Positions 29,738 through 40,497 of a DNA stretch of 64,000 nt are shown here, one piece after another. The position numbers were made by a program, and so were the translations under genes. Within the stretch, counting starts at the first letter, position 1. Every line of letters starts with the position of its first letter. Under the pieces are notes generated by a model. That model was not told where the DNA came from. It ran no database searches and saw only the letters and a program-made list of their open reading frames with translations. The stretch is from Candidatus Eiseniibacteriota bacterium (GTDB lineage Bacteria; Eisenbacteria; RBG-16-71-46; CAVPCR01). The DNA lies in the NCBI GenBank assembly GCA_963702435.1, contig CAVPCR010000001.1:160001-224000 (forward strand), read 5' to 3'.

Positions 29738-32700
29738 TCACTCGGAGATCGTTGCCAGGATCGCCGCCGGCGAGAGCGCGCTCGCGCTCGCGACGAGCCC
29801 GTCGAGCTTCGCCTTCGGTATCGACGCCTTGAGCGCCTCGATCCGGGCGACGACGCCCGGGTCCATCGGGTGCGCGACGACGACGCCCGCGCGTTCCGAG
29901 AGCGCGTGCGCCGCCGCGGCGATCGCCACGGCGCGCTCCGTCCGCCCCGCGGCCGCCTCGACCGCCGCGAGCCCCAGCAACGCGAGCCCGGTCCCACGCG
30001 GGCTCCCGACCTCCTCGTAGACATGCACGGCGCGCCGGAAGGAGTCCACTGCCGCGCGCGGATCCCCGGCGGCGAGCGCGCTCCACCCCATCTCGCAGTG
30101 CACGCGTGCGATCTCCGGGTGGTCGCCGACCATCTCCAGCGCCGCGAGCGCCTGGCCGTAGATCTCCAGTGCGCGCGCCGGCTCTCCCTTGGCGAAGGTC
30201 ATCTGCGCCAGGAAGCTCGTCGCCACCCCGCCGCCCTCGTTGTCCTGCAGGCGCGCATGGATCGCGAGCGCTCGCTCGACGGACGCCATGCCGGCGTCGA
30301 GATCGCCGGTCACGAAGAGGAGCATGCCCTTGATCGAGAGGCTGATCGCGTGGATGAAATCGGAGACGCCGTTGGCGCTCCGCGCGATGGCCTCGTCGAG
30401 CGCCGCGCGCGCCTCCTCCATGCGGCCGAGGCTCAGGCTGCAGTAGCCGACACCCATGATGCCCTCGGCGGCGGCCGCGGCATCGCCCACGGCGAGGCCG
30501 TCCTCGTACCCCGCCTTCCACTCGCCGCGGCTCCGCTCCCACTCGCCGGTGACGGTCGAGACCATCCCGGCGGCGAGCCAGGCGAGCGCCCGACCGCGGC
30601 TCGGGGGCCGCTCGGCCGCGAGCGCGAGCAACGGATCGAGCAGGAGGCGCGCGGTGAGGTGGAGTCCGCAGATGTGCCAGTACCAGTCGAGGTGGCCGGC
30701 GAGGAGGAGCCCCTTCTCGAGCGCCGCGGCATCGCCGGCGCGCGCGTGCCCGAGGAGCCAGTGCAGTGCCGCGAGCGTGTTCGCATTCTCCTCGCGCCCG
30801 CGCCGCATGGCCTCGAGCTGCCCGGGTCCGCGCAGGTCGCCGGCCACGGTGGCAGCAAAGCCGACATAGTGATCGGCATGTGCGTCGCGCATGTCGTCGA
30901 CCTGGCCCGCCGCGTGGAGCTGCTCGGCCGCGAAGGCGCGGATCGTCTCGAGGAGCGCGTAGCGCTCCCCCGCACCCACGACCCGCACGAGGCCCTTCTC
31001 GACGAGCGAGTCGAGCGCATCGAGGGCGCGATGGCGCTCATCCGCTCCGTGGCACACCTCCTCCATGGCCTCGAGCGTGAAGCCGTCGTGGAAGACCGAC
31101 GTGCGGCAGAGGAGCCGCTGCTCCTCCGGGTCGAGAAGCGAGTAGCTCCAGCTGATCGTCGCGCGGAGCGTCCGCTGGCGGAGCGGGAGGTCGCGATCGC
31201 CCGAGGTCAGGAGGTCGAGCGCGTGGTCGAGCCGGGTGAGGAGCGCCGCCGGTTCCAGGATGCGGAGGCGGGCCGCCGCGAGCTCGATCGCGAGCGGCAG
31301 ACCGTCGAGGCGGCGGCAGATCTCGGCGACCGCCGCCGCGTTCGCGGCGGTGAGCGCGAAGCCGGGCTTCACCTTCTCGGCGCGCTGGAGGAGGAGCGTT
31401 ACCGACGGGCACGCGGCGAGCGCTGCGAGCGACGTCGTCTCCCCCGCCGGCAGCTCGAGCGGCGGCAGGGCGAACTCCGATTCGGCGCCGATCTTGAGCG
31501 GCGCGCGGCTCGTGGCGATCACCTGGAGCGCGGGACAGCGCGAGACGAGCGCGGCGATCTCCGGGGCGGCGGCGAGCACCTGTTCGAGATTGTCGAGCAC
31601 GAGCAGCACGGGGCGGTCGCCGATCACGGTCGCGAGGGCGTCGAGCGCCGAGCGGCCGTGGGCCTCGACGATGTCGAGCGCGATCGCGACCGCCGGCAGG
31701 ACCTCCGCCGCGGCGGTGATCGAGGCGAGCGAGACGAAGGCCGCGCCGCCCGGATACTCGGGCGCCAGGCGGCGATAGAGCTCGATCGCGAACCGCGTCT
31801 TCCCGGTGCCGCCGTAGCCGGTGATGGTGAGGAGGCGCGCGCCGCCCTGCAAGCGTGAGGCGGCGGCATCGAGCGTCGCCTCGCGTCCGAGGAGGGGGGT
31901 CGCGGGGCTCGGCGGCGGCTTCCCGATGATGCCGCCCTCCCGCGTCAACCGCACCCGCCGCAACGCGTGCCCCACATCGAGGGCGGTCTGGAAGCGCGCA
32001 CCGCGGATCCTTCTCGAGGCAGCGCGCGACGAGGCGGTCGAGATCGGCGGGCGCATCGGCCCGCACGCTCGCAAGCGACGGCGGAGCGTCACGCAGGATC
32101 GCAGCCGAGATCGCGCCCGCAGTCCCGCCCGCGAACGGCCGCCGCCCCGTGGCCAGCTCGTAGAGGAGCGTGCCGAGCGCGAAGAGGTCCGTGCGGCTGT
32201 CCACCGCTTCGCCGCGCACCTGCTCCGGCGCCATGTACGGGATCGTGCCCACCACCTGGCCGGCGACCGACCGGCCGGCCGGCAGGGTTGCATCCTGCGT
32301 TGCGTCGAGCTTCGAGGTCGGGCTCCTCGAGCTTCGCGAGCCCGAAGTCGAGGACCTTGAGGCGTCCCTCGCGCGTCAGCATCACATTCGCGGGCTTCAA
32401 GTCGCGATGCACGACGCCCTTCTCGTGCGCCGCGGCCAGCGCGTCCGCGAGCGCGATGCCCACCTCGAGCACGCGCGCGACCGGCAGCCCGCCCGGGGTC
32501 ACGTGCCCCTCGAGGCTCTGGCCCTCGACCAGCTCCATGGTGAGGAACCGCGTGCCGGCCTCGTCCTCGACCGAGAACAGCGTGACGATGTTCGGGTGGT
32601 TGAGCCCCGCGACGGTGCGCGCCTCGCGCTCGAAGCGGGCCAGTCGGCCGGCGTCGGCAGCCACCTCGGCGGGCAGCACCTTGAGCGCCACGTGACGACC

Positions 32701-32802
32701 GAGCCGGAGGTCCTTGGCGCGGTAGACCTCGCCCATGCCGCCGGCGCCGAGAGGCGCGATGATCTCGTAGGCACCGAGGCGAACACCGGAGGCGAGGCGC
32801 AT
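29738..32802 (-). CDS. Ser/Thr kinase - STAND/NB-ARC-like ATPase - TPR protein (frameshifted)
   Basis: LGAGGMGEVY, VALKVL, HRDLKPAN, DFG, GTIPYMAPEQ; GYGGTGKT, LLVLDNLEQ, LDGLPLAIELAAAR; TPR-like C-terminus; split over three frames. Confidence 0.85.
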
Positions 32803-32854
32803 GGTTCGGAACTCTCCTATAGACGGTGATCAGGCCGACTGCGACCGGCCATCA

Positions 32855-33886
32855 TCATGCTGTGCTTCCGCCGCGGCCGGCAACTCGAGCCTGGCCCGGC
32901 CCGGTTTCCGTGGCCGACGGTGGCACGGCGCCGATCAGCTCGCTGAACGCGGCCAGATCGATGTTGCCGCCGGAGACGATCGCCACGATGGGACCCATGC
33001 CGGCCTTCCCGGTGAGCGCCGCCGCGAGCGGCAGCGCCCCGGCGCCTTCGACGATGACGCGGGCCTTCTCCGCCATCAGGCGCATCGCCTGCTTCGTCTC
33101 CTCCAGGGAGACCACGATGCAGCCATCGAGGACCGGCTTCATGCGCTCCCACATCCGCGGGAAGACGCTGCGACCGCCCGCGCCGTCGACGAACGACGCC
33201 TTCCAGTCCGGGAAGACCTGCGGCGACCCCTTGGCGAAGGAGAGGGCGGCCGGGGCGGCCGTTTCCGGCTCCGCTCCCCACACCCGGGTGCCGGGGCTCA
33301 GGGCCTTCAACGCAGCGCCCAGGCCCGAGACGAGCCCGCCGCCCCCGATGCTCGCGATCACGGCGGCGGTGCGCGGCTCATCCTCGAGGATCTCGAGCCC
33401 CATGGTGGCGTGCCCCGCGATGAAGTTGTGATCGTCGAACGGGTGCACGAAGGTCCCTTCGACTCCGGGGTAGGCCCGGTCATCGAGGGCCTTCCACGCC
33501 ACCTCGTACGGCACGAGCACGAGGCGCGCGCCGAGCGCCCGCATCCGCTCGAGCTTCGACGCCGGCGCGGTCTCGATGGCGACGACCGTGCAGGGGACGC
33601 CGGCCATCCTCGCCGCGTAGGCGATCCCCTGGCCCGCGTTCCCCGCGCTGATGGTCCACACGCCGCGCCTCCGCTCTGCGTCCGGGAGGAGCGCCACCGC
33701 GTTCGCGGCGCCGCGGAGCTTGTAGGCGTTGATCGGTTGCAGGTTCTCGAGCTTGAGGCGGATGTCCGGGTAGCCGGGTCCGAGATCGAGACGGACGAGC
33801 GGGGTGCGCACGATGGTGCCCGCGATGCGCTCCCGCGCGGCGCGGATCTCGGCCAGGAGAACGGGGCGAACGGGGTCGAGCATCAA
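32855..33886 (-). CDS. PLP-dependent threonine/serine dehydratase family protein
   Basis: LKLENLQPINAYKLRGA, SAGNAGQG, SIGGGGL, IVSGGNID. Confidence 0.88.
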   Translation of the reverse strand: MMLDPVRPVLLAEIRAARERIAGTIVRTPLVRLDLGPGYPDIRLKLENLQPINAYKLRGAANAVALLPDAERRRGVWTISAGNAGQGIAYAARMAGVPCTVVAIETAPASKLERMRALGARLVLVPYEVAWKALDDRAYPGVEGTFVHPFDDHNFIAGHATMGLEILEDEPRTAAVIASIGGGGLVSGLGAALKALSPGTRVWGAEPETAAPAALSFAKGSPQVFPDWKASFVDGAGGRSVFPRMWERMKPVLDGCIVVSLEETKQAMRLMAEKARVIVEGAGALPLAAALTGKAGMGPIVAIVSGGNIDLAAFSELIGAVPPSATETGPGQARVAGRGGSTA

Positions 33887-33911
33887 GGGGTGTCTTTGCT
33901 CCTGGTTGCGT

Positions 33912-34694
33912 TCACGAGACGTTGAGAAAGCCGGAGGAATACGTGACGGCGTGGCCGCCGATCCCGACCCGCTCGCCCCGATGCTCGCAGAGGAGCTCGC
34001 CGCCGCGCGGCGAGACCTGGCGCGCGCGAAGCCGGGTGCGGCCGAGGCGCTCCGCCCAGTATGGAATGAGCGTGCAGTGGGCGGACCCGGTCACCGGGTC
34101 TTCCGGCACCCCGGCGCGCGGCGCAAAGAACCGCGATACGAAATCGCAATCCTCGCCGGGGGCGGTTGCGATGACACCCAGGCAGTCGAGGCGCTCGAGG
34201 GCGGCCATGTCCGGCTCGAGGCTGCGCACCGCTGCCTCGGTCTCGAAGACGGCGAGGTAGTCGCGGGCCCTCGCGATTTGAGCCGGACTCGCTCGGAGCG
34301 CCGCGCCCAGCTCGGGCGACGGAGCGCAGGGCGCGGCGGGGCGTGCCGGAAAGTCGAGCGTGAGGAGATCTCCATCGCGCGAGACGGTGAGGAGACCGGA
34401 GAGGGTCTTGAAGCGAACGATGGAGCCGCGGTAGCCGAGATGCCGGAAGATGACATGAGCCGTGGCGAGTGTGGCGTGGCCGCAGAGGTCGACCTCGAGC
34501 GCCGGGGTGAACCAGCGGAGGTCGAACGCCGAATCCCGCTGCACGGTGAAGGCTGTTTCGGCGAGGTTGTGCTCGGCGGCGATCGACTGGAGGACGCTGT
34601 CGGGCAGCCAGTCGGCGAGGAGACACACGCCGGCGGGGTTACCGGAGAAGGGACTGCTCGTGAAGGCGTCGACATGGTAGTACGGGATGCTCAT
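33912..34694 (-). CDS. PhzF-family isomerase
   Basis: VDAFT..PFSGNPAGV, NLAETAF, EVDLCGHATLA, EDPVTGSAH. Confidence 0.92.
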   Translation of the reverse strand: MSIPYYHVDAFTSSPFSGNPAGVCLLADWLPDSVLQSIAAEHNLAETAFTVQRDSAFDLRWFTPALEVDLCGHATLATAHVIFRHLGYRGSIVRFKTLSGLLTVSRDGDLLTLDFPARPAAPCAPSPELGAALRASPAQIARARDYLAVFETEAAVRSLEPDMAALERLDCLGVIATAPGEDCDFVSRFFAPRAGVPEDPVTGSAHCTLIPYWAERLGRTRLRARQVSPRGGELLCEHRGERVGIGGHAVTYSSGFLNVS

Positions 34695-35395
34695 GGGGCT
34701 TCACGCTCCTTTGCGCGTGCCCGCAAGAAGGCGACCGTTCGTTCCCACGCCAGGTCGGCCGCCGCGCGATCGAAGGCATCTACCCGGTCGGGCTCGAAGA
34801 ACCAGTGACCCGTGCCGCTGTAAACGTGAATGGTCACGGGACGACCGGCCTTCCGCAGGGACTCCGCCAGGTGATCGACGTTCGACCGCGGCTCGAACTG
34901 GTCGTTCTCGGCGAAGTGACCGAGAAACGTGGCCCTCGAGTTCCGGAAGTCGTCGGCCCCGGTCCCGTAGAACACGACGACCGACCGGATGTGCTCGGGG
35001 GCGGCATTGGCGAGATCCAGAGCATAGTAGGCGCCCAGGGAGAAGCCGATCACGGCCAGGCCACGACCGGTTTCTCCTGCGCGCTCGTTCAGGAGCTCGA
35101 CGGCATCCTTGATCTCGGCCTTGGCCTCGAGGTGGCGGGCGTCGAGAGCCTTGCCCAGCGCCTCGGCCTCTTCGATCCGGTCTGCGGACCGACCATGGTA
35201 GAGGTCCGGGGCGAACGCCACGAACCCCGCTTCCGCCAGTCGCGTACAGACGGCGCGGATCGTGCCGTTCAGTCCCCACCAGGCATGGAGGACGAGCACA
35301 CCGGGACCTTCGCCGCCCGGCGGAACCGCGAGAAACCCTGAAGGTTGGGGCTGTGGCATGCGGACTCCCGATCGCGGCTCTGCCGCTTGCGTCAC
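34691..35395 (-). CDS. Dienelactone hydrolase family protein
   Basis: VLVLHAWWGLN, APDLY, GFSLG, GTGHWF. Confidence 0.88.
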   Translation of the reverse strand: MTQAAEPRSGVRMPQPQPSGFLAVPPGGEGPGVLVLHAWWGLNGTIRAVCTRLAEAGFVAFAPDLYHGRSADRIEEAEALGKALDARHLEAKAEIKDAVELLNERAGETGRGLAVIGFSLGAYYALDLANAAPEHIRSVVVFYGTGADDFRNSRATFLGHFAENDQFEPRSNVDHLAESLRKAGRPVTIHVYSGTGHWFFEPDRVDAFDRAAADLAWERTVAFLRARAKEREAP

Positions 35396-35399
35396 TGCG

Positions 35400-35846
35400 C
35401 TAATCCGGAATCTCGGGCTCGACCAGCTTCTTGAGCTGCGCGAGCGACTCCTGCCAGCCGAGATAGCACATCTCGAGCGGGATGACCTCGGGCAGGCCTT
35501 CCTGCAACACGCTGAGCTCGGTGCCGCATGACACCTGCTTCAAGGTCACCGTTGTCGTCATCTCTCCGGGCAAGTTCGGGTCATCGAACCTGTCCGTGTA
35601 GCGGATCCTCTCGGACGGCACCAGTTCACGATACTCGCCGCCAAAGGATTGACCGTGACCGGTCGTGAAGTTCGTGAACGACATCTTGTAGGTACCACCC
35701 ACTCTGGCATCCATGTGGTGCACCTTGCAGGTGAAGCCGTAGGGCGGGAGCCACTTGGCCATCGCATCGGCGTCCAGGAACGCGCGGTAGACGCGCTCCG
35801 GGTTCGCGCGCAGGACGCGGTGAAGTCGGACGGTGCCTGTTGCCAT
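35400..35846 (-). CDS. SRPBCC/AHSA1 family protein
   Basis: PERVYRAFLDADAMAKWLPP...CYLGWQESL. Confidence 0.9.
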   Translation of the reverse strand: MATGTVRLHRVLRANPERVYRAFLDADAMAKWLPPYGFTCKVHHMDARVGGTYKMSFTNFTTGHGQSFGGEYRELVPSERIRYTDRFDDPNLPGEMTTTVTLKQVSCGTELSVLQEGLPEVIPLEMCYLGWQESLAQLKKLVEPEIPD

Positions 35847-36017
35847 GGTCGTCCTTTCGCCTCGTCGTTCGACGGTTGCTCGGCTCGGGGGGCCATGCGA
35901 TCGGGGGTGGTCCGCGGGCTGGTCCGCGAGCGGCGGGGGGCGCTGTCGCGACCATCGCGGAAGTCAGGTGCAACGGTAACCCGGCCGGTCAGGATCCTGC
36001 AAGGCCGATCCCGCGGT

Positions 36018-36431
36018 TCAAGTTCTCGGAGTCGCGAGCCTGTCGTTCCTCTTCAACCGCGCGAGGCCGGCGCCGATGACCAGCCCAGCCACGGCGAACG
36101 CAACATGGAAGAGCAGCGCCTCGGGCGTGCGAATTGCGCGCAGGGAGCCTCCCTTGACCTGGGCGATCAGCGCCGTCGGCACGATGCCGAGGAGCATCGC
36201 GGCAATGGGCAACAGCCACCACCACGCCCGGTGCGGCACCAGGCGTCGCACGCCGTGGAGGATCGGGAGGTAGAGAAGCCAGTAGCACAGCGCGAAGGCA
36301 ACGAACGAGGTGGAGATCACCGCCCGGAGATCGCCCGCCGAGATCCGTTCTCCATGGAGCAGCGCGAGGGCGCCCGCATAGGCGAGCAGGCCGGCGAGCC
36401 ACGCCGCGATGAAGAGCCGCAGGCTCGTCAA
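36018..36431 (-). CDS. Hypothetical membrane protein
   Basis: About four hydrophobic segments. Confidence 0.6.
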   Translation of the reverse strand: MTSLRLFIAAWLAGLLAYAGALALLHGERISAGDLRAVISTSFVAFALCYWLLYLPILHGVRRLVPHRAWWWLLPIAAMLLGIVPTALIAQVKGGSLRAIRTPEALLFHVAFAVAGLVIGAGLARLKRNDRLATPRT

Positions 36432-36721
36432 CGGATGGGGCCTCCGTGCTCCCGCTCGAGCCTCCGCGCCAGCGCGGTGCGACGCTCGGCATCGAGCGAT
36501 GCGACGTAAGCAGGGGCGGAGCCCGCACCACCGAGGAGCGGTCGCCAGTGGTCATCGACGCCGGTGAAGACGGTCGGGATCTCGATCGGCTCGCAGCGTA
36601 TGTCGCCGAGCCCGCCCGCGCGGAAGAGCTCGATCAGCGCGGGGGGCCGGCAGAGCGGGAAGCGATGACCCTGATCGATCTCGCGCGCGCGGTGCGTGTC
36701 GTCGAGCGGCATCACGCGCAA
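36428..36721 (-). pseudogene. C-terminal fragment of a class I SAM-dependent methyltransferase
   Basis: RFPLCRP..L..LFRAGGL...IEIPTVF...W.P.LGG.G.AP.YVASL; no SAM-binding N-terminus. Confidence 0.5.
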
Positions 36722-36796
36722 CCGCCGCGTGGACTGGATGCCGGGTACAAAGGCGCGGTCACGATCTGCTGCGTGACGTGGTTCGGGCTCATGTCG

Positions 36797-37213
36797 CTAC
36801 CAAGGAATGATGACCCCCACGAGAGCGATCGCGAGACCTGCCGGCGTCAGGTAGCGCGATAGCCTCAGCAGACTGCGATTCGCCGTCGCACGGTCGGTTC
36901 CGGGAGCGGACGCCGACTCTCGATCAAGCGCGCGACGCGCGGGCGGCACCGCAGCAACCAGCAGGTTAGCCAGAACCATCGAGGGGCCCAACCATGCGAA
37001 GAGCGAACCAACCGCCATGAGGATGCCGCCGATACCATCGGGCGCAATGCGGAAACCGTCGACCGCGTGAACTAGCCCGTAGAGCTTGCCTAGAGCGACG
37101 AGCGAAGCGAGTATCAGCACAAACCACGGCACCATGTAGCACGGAATCAACAAGAGGTTCCAAGGACTTCGACGTCGTCCGGCGCGAGTCCGAGCATTTG
37201 TGATGTAACCCAT
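36797..37213 (-). CDS. Hypothetical membrane protein (paralog of 46687-47097)
   Basis: Shared R..WNLLLIP...GG.L...G.LFAW....M...N.L..AVP.ARRALDRE motif. Confidence 0.7.
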   Translation of the reverse strand: MGYITNARTRAGRRRSPWNLLLIPCYMVPWFVLILASLVALGKLYGLVHAVDGFRIAPDGIGGILMAVGSLFAWLGPSMVLANLLVAAVPPARRALDRESASAPGTDRATANRSLLRLSRYLTPAGLAIALVGVIIPW

Positions 37214-37217
37214 CGTG

Positions 37218-37312
37218 GCCTCAGCCGCGGCAGGCGCTCACCGCGACCCCTTCTCACCTCTTCCCCGCGCCGCCCGCCGTCGGCTGCAGGCGAGTGTTCT
37301 GAGGCTGGCTCG
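37218..37312 (-). repeat. Truncated subtype-A attC (R' lost) plus ~10 bp of ORF-less cassette body
   Basis: Matches 7757-7852 closely. Confidence 0.75.
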
Positions 37313-37374
37313 CCCGGCGCGTGTCCCCGTGAACGCTGCGTGCCAACGGGTTTGACTCCGGCCTCCCGTCAGCT

Positions 37375-37785
37375 TCAGCGGCTGCTTGGGCGAGCGTCGG
37401 TCGTCGCCCCCGCGTCGGCCGCGGGAAAGTCCCCCTGGTTGAGTGACTCCTGAAGCCGCTGCACTTCCGCAAGGATGCGCATGAATCGGCGCCCGAACGG
37501 GGTCAGGCGATACTCCACCTCGATCGGGGGCTTCTCGCCGAGAACGGTGCGGCGCGCGATGCCGAAGCGAGTCATCTTTCGCAGGCGCTCGTTCATGACC
37601 TTCGCCGACAATCCCGGGCAAGCCCGCAGGAGCGCGCTGGGCCGGGAGGGCCCGTCGGCGATGATCTTGAGCAGGCGCACCGACCACTTGCACCCGACGA
37701 TGCTCTCGACCATGGAGGCCACGGGGATGCTGTCGCCCCGCGGCACTTGGACGAGCGAGCGAGCGGAGGACTTGGGTCGAGTCAT
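37375..37785 (-). CDS. HxlR-family winged-helix regulator
   Basis: IVGCKWS, GLSAKVMNERLRKM, PPIEVEYRLTPFG. Confidence 0.88.
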   Translation of the reverse strand: MTRPKSSARSLVQVPRGDSIPVASMVESIVGCKWSVRLLKIIADGPSRPSALLRACPGLSAKVMNERLRKMTRFGIARRTVLGEKPPIEVEYRLTPFGRRFMRILAEVQRLQESLNQGDFPAADAGATTDARPSSR

Positions 37786-37855
37786 TCGGTGACCACCTTA
37801 CCGAAAAGTGCCTTCTTGGCGCCGGCCGGCCGCGGCCGTATGTTGGCGCGACAGA

Positions 37856-37930
37856 GGCCACTCCGCAAGAGGCCACTCCGTAAGGGGCCACTCAGGAAAG
37901 GCCCGCTCCGACGAAGCCCACTCCGAAGCC
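37856..37930 (+). repeat. 15-bp tandem repeat x5 (GGCCACTCCGNAAGR-like)
   Basis: ggccactccgcaaga ggccactccgtaagg ggccactcaggaaag gcccgctccgacgaa gcccactccgaagcc. Confidence 0.8.
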
Positions 37931-37953
37931 CAAGACACGCAAGGAGGCACAGT

Positions 37954-38190
37954 ATGAGAGCGAAAGCCGTCTTCTACCACGCCGGCTGCCCAGTCTGCGT
38001 GAGCGCCGAGCAGAACGTCCTCGGAGCGCTGGACAGGAACCGCTTCGATGTCGAGGTCGTGCACCTCGGAACGAACAAGAGCCGCCTGCCCGAGGCGGAG
38101 AAGCTGGGCATCAAGTCGGTGCCCGCGCTCGTGCTCGATGGACAGCCCTTCCACATCAACTTCGGCGCCAACCTGTCCGACCTCAGGTAG
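37954..38190 (+). CDS. Small thioredoxin/glutaredoxin-like protein
   Basis: FYHAGCPVC CxxC, SVPALV; AAGGAGG RBS. Confidence 0.85.
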   Translation: MRAKAVFYHAGCPVCVSAEQNVLGALDRNRFDVEVVHLGTNKSRLPEAEKLGIKSVPALVLDGQPFHINFGANLSDLR

Positions 38191-38333
38191 CCAATGGTGC
38201 GGCGCGCTGGTCGAAGGGGCGACCTCGCCCCTTCGGCCTTCCCGTCCCCGCGCCGCGGGATCATCTCGGCGGCCACATGCTGCTCGCCCGGCCCCCTGAG
38301 TGCATGAGTTAGCCCCGGGCGGAGCGGTCGCGC

Positions 38334-39023
38334 TCAGTCGCCATCCGCTGGAACCGGTTGCCGGGCGCGCTCTGGATAGCCAGGGATGTTCTTGCCGAGG
38401 TGGATGTCGCGCCGCACGACCCACACCCCGGTGCTGTCCCCCTGTGGCGTCACCAGGCCGCTCCCGCCGCGGCCCAGGATCAGGGCTTCCCTCTTCTCCT
38501 TCGTCAGCCTGGGATCATCTTCGAACAGGATGTCATCGATGTAGTACGTACAGCGACCAGCTTCGATCACATGCATGTGCACGTGGGCCGGGAGGTCGGA
38601 ATCCGGGTAGCCGGCTGGTCGAATCGTGGCGAAGCTGTACCGTCCCTCCGCATCCGTCACAGCCCATCCCCGCAGGAGGCCGTGACGGTAGGCGGCGAGG
38701 CCTGGATATCGATCGTCCGGCGGATAGAGGCCGCGGCTGTTGGTATGGTACGCGTAGACGATCACCCCTGACGCCGGATCTCCTGTCGGGTCGAAGACCG
38801 TGCCTGCGATGCGCATGGACTGACCGGGTTCATCCCGCCGGCCGATCCGGGCGTCGGTCTCGATCGTTACCGGCAACCCCTGGAAGACCGCCTCGCACCC
38901 CTCACAGGGCAACCCGACGATCGGTTCGCGGGCGCGGCCGGGCGATGGGGCCTCGGCGCTTGCGCACCCGGAGGCACTTGCAAGACCGATCAGGACTGCG
39001 ATGACCCTGGCAAGCCGCTGCAT
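38334..39023 (-). CDS. Intradiol ring-cleavage dioxygenase-like secreted protein
   Basis: Signal peptide, CEGCE, YAYHTNSRGLY, LRGWAVTDAEGRY.F.TIRP, PAHVH. Confidence 0.8.
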   Translation of the reverse strand: MQRLARVIAVLIGLASASGCASAEAPSPGRAREPIVGLPCEGCEAVFQGLPVTIETDARIGRRDEPGQSMRIAGTVFDPTGDPASGVIVYAYHTNSRGLYPPDDRYPGLAAYRHGLLRGWAVTDAEGRYSFATIRPAGYPDSDLPAHVHMHVIEAGRCTYYIDDILFEDDPRLTKEKREALILGRGGSGLVTPQGDSTGVWVVRRDIHLGKNIPGYPERARQPVPADGD

Positions 39024-39288
39024 GATCGTGTTCTCCTTGTCCGCCCTGAGCGTGCACCGCCCCATGGTCGTCGCTTCAGCCAGCGGTAGAGCTCGGCCTG
39101 CAGCGTGCGCGCCTCGGCCCCGCGACCCACGGCGGCGAGAGCGCAGCCGACCAGCGCTCGGCAAAGGTGGTCATTGGTAGATTCTACATGACACCGCTAC
39201 GGGCGCGGTGGACGGCAAGACCCCCTGTCGAACCGTGCGCGTAACTTGGTGGCCGCCTGCCGGCAGCGGCAGGATAACCCCCATCTCT

Positions 39289-40497
39289 TCATGGCGTGGC
39301 GAAGATCACACTGCGGCGAAAGCGCCAGCCCCCGTGGCTGTACTCGTATTCCGTGTACTCCTCGAAGGGGAACCCGTTGCTGCGCCCGACTACGCATCGC
39401 ACATTCTCAGAGAGCCAGGCGCCTCGCTTGTCGGTGTAGAACACCTTGCCGCGCTTGATCCAGAGCTCGAGGCTTGCAGTCGTCTCGCCGTCGCTGCCCG
39501 TCACGGTCAGAGGCGAGAAGAGGCCGTCTTCACCCAGCGACACTTCGAACGGCGATTCGTCTGACACGCCCAGTTGTCCGTCTCGCGCGAGCCCGGGAGG
39601 AAGGATCGCTTGAAGCGTCGTGCGCGGAACCTGACTGACGGTCTCGTCTATCACCTTGACCAGGCTCGGTGGCGCGTTGCTGCCGATCAGCCTCTCGATC
39701 TTCTTCGCGCGCAAGGCGTATGTTCCTTGAGGGCGCGAAGACAGGTAATCGCGCAGTGCTTCTCTCGTTCCTGCCGTTTCAGCCTCGCGCCATGCAACGG
39801 CGTCGCGAGCCTCAGCTTCATGCAATCCTGAAGGATATGCCTGAAGGTACGACTGGTATCGCGAGATGTCGCGTGGAGACTCCTGAACCGCCTGCCAGGC
39901 CGCGTCATCACTCTTCGCGCCCCGCACCTCCCATCCCGAGGCAAGCGCATCGGCTTCGGCGATTTGTGCCTCGGTCATGCTCTCGGCGAGCGCCTTGTTA
40001 ACTTCGGCAGCTTTCGCGTTGCCGGCGGCGGCCGCCAGATCGAGCCAGAAGCGGGCCTGAACAAGGTCCCGTTCCACGCCGGCACCGATCGCGTAGAGGA
40101 CGGCCAGGCCCAATTGTGCCTCAACTTCGTTCTGCTCGGCTGCCTTGCGGAACCACTTGCTCGCTTCGCCGAGGTCCTTCTCAACGCCACGACCCTCACT
40201 ATGCATCAGCGCAAGGTGGAGTTGCGCCGAGGCCAGACCTTGGTCGGCTGCCTTGCCGAACCACTTGATCGCTTCTCCGTAGTCCTCCGCGACCCCCTCC
40301 GCCCTCGCATAGCGCAATCCGAGTTGGTCCTGAGCGTCCGCGTCTCCGCTCTCCGCGCGCCGACGAAGGTCTGGCAGCGACTCCGTTGCCCCGGATCGCA
40401 ATTCCGTTCCTGGGGACTCCTGGGCACGTGCGACTCCCAAGCCCATCGCCAGCACGGCACATGCAACCGTCAGACGGACGATCGTTGTAGTTGTCAT
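39289..40497 (-). CDS. Secreted Sel1-repeat protein
   Basis: Signal peptide; AQ..LG..Y..G.GV..D..EA.KWF.KAA.Q repeats. Confidence 0.85.
   Translation of the reverse strand: MTTTTIVRLTVACAVLAMGLGVARAQESPGTELRSGATESLPDLRRRAESGDADAQDQLGLRYARAEGVAEDYGEAIKWFGKAADQGLASAQLHLALMHSEGRGVEKDLGEASKWFRKAAEQNEVEAQLGLAVLYAIGAGVERDLVQARFWLDLAAAAGNAKAAEVNKALAESMTEAQIAEADALASGWEVRGAKSDDAAWQAVQESPRDISRYQSYLQAYPSGLHEAEARDAVAWREAETAGTREALRDYLSSRPQGTYALRAKKIERLIGSNAPPSLVKVIDETVSQVPRTTLQAILPPGLARDGQLGVSDESPFEVSLGEDGLFSPLTVTGSDGETTASLELWIKRGKVFYTDKRGAWLSENVRCVVGRSNGFPFEEYTEYEYSHGGWRFRRSVIFATP

Noticed and set aside
29267..31858. 863-aa plus-strand ORF and similar long antisense ORFs (25135..26127, 5803..6942, 60004..61491)
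   Set aside because: Shadow frames of real opposite-strand genes in high-GC DNA; no recognisable motifs.
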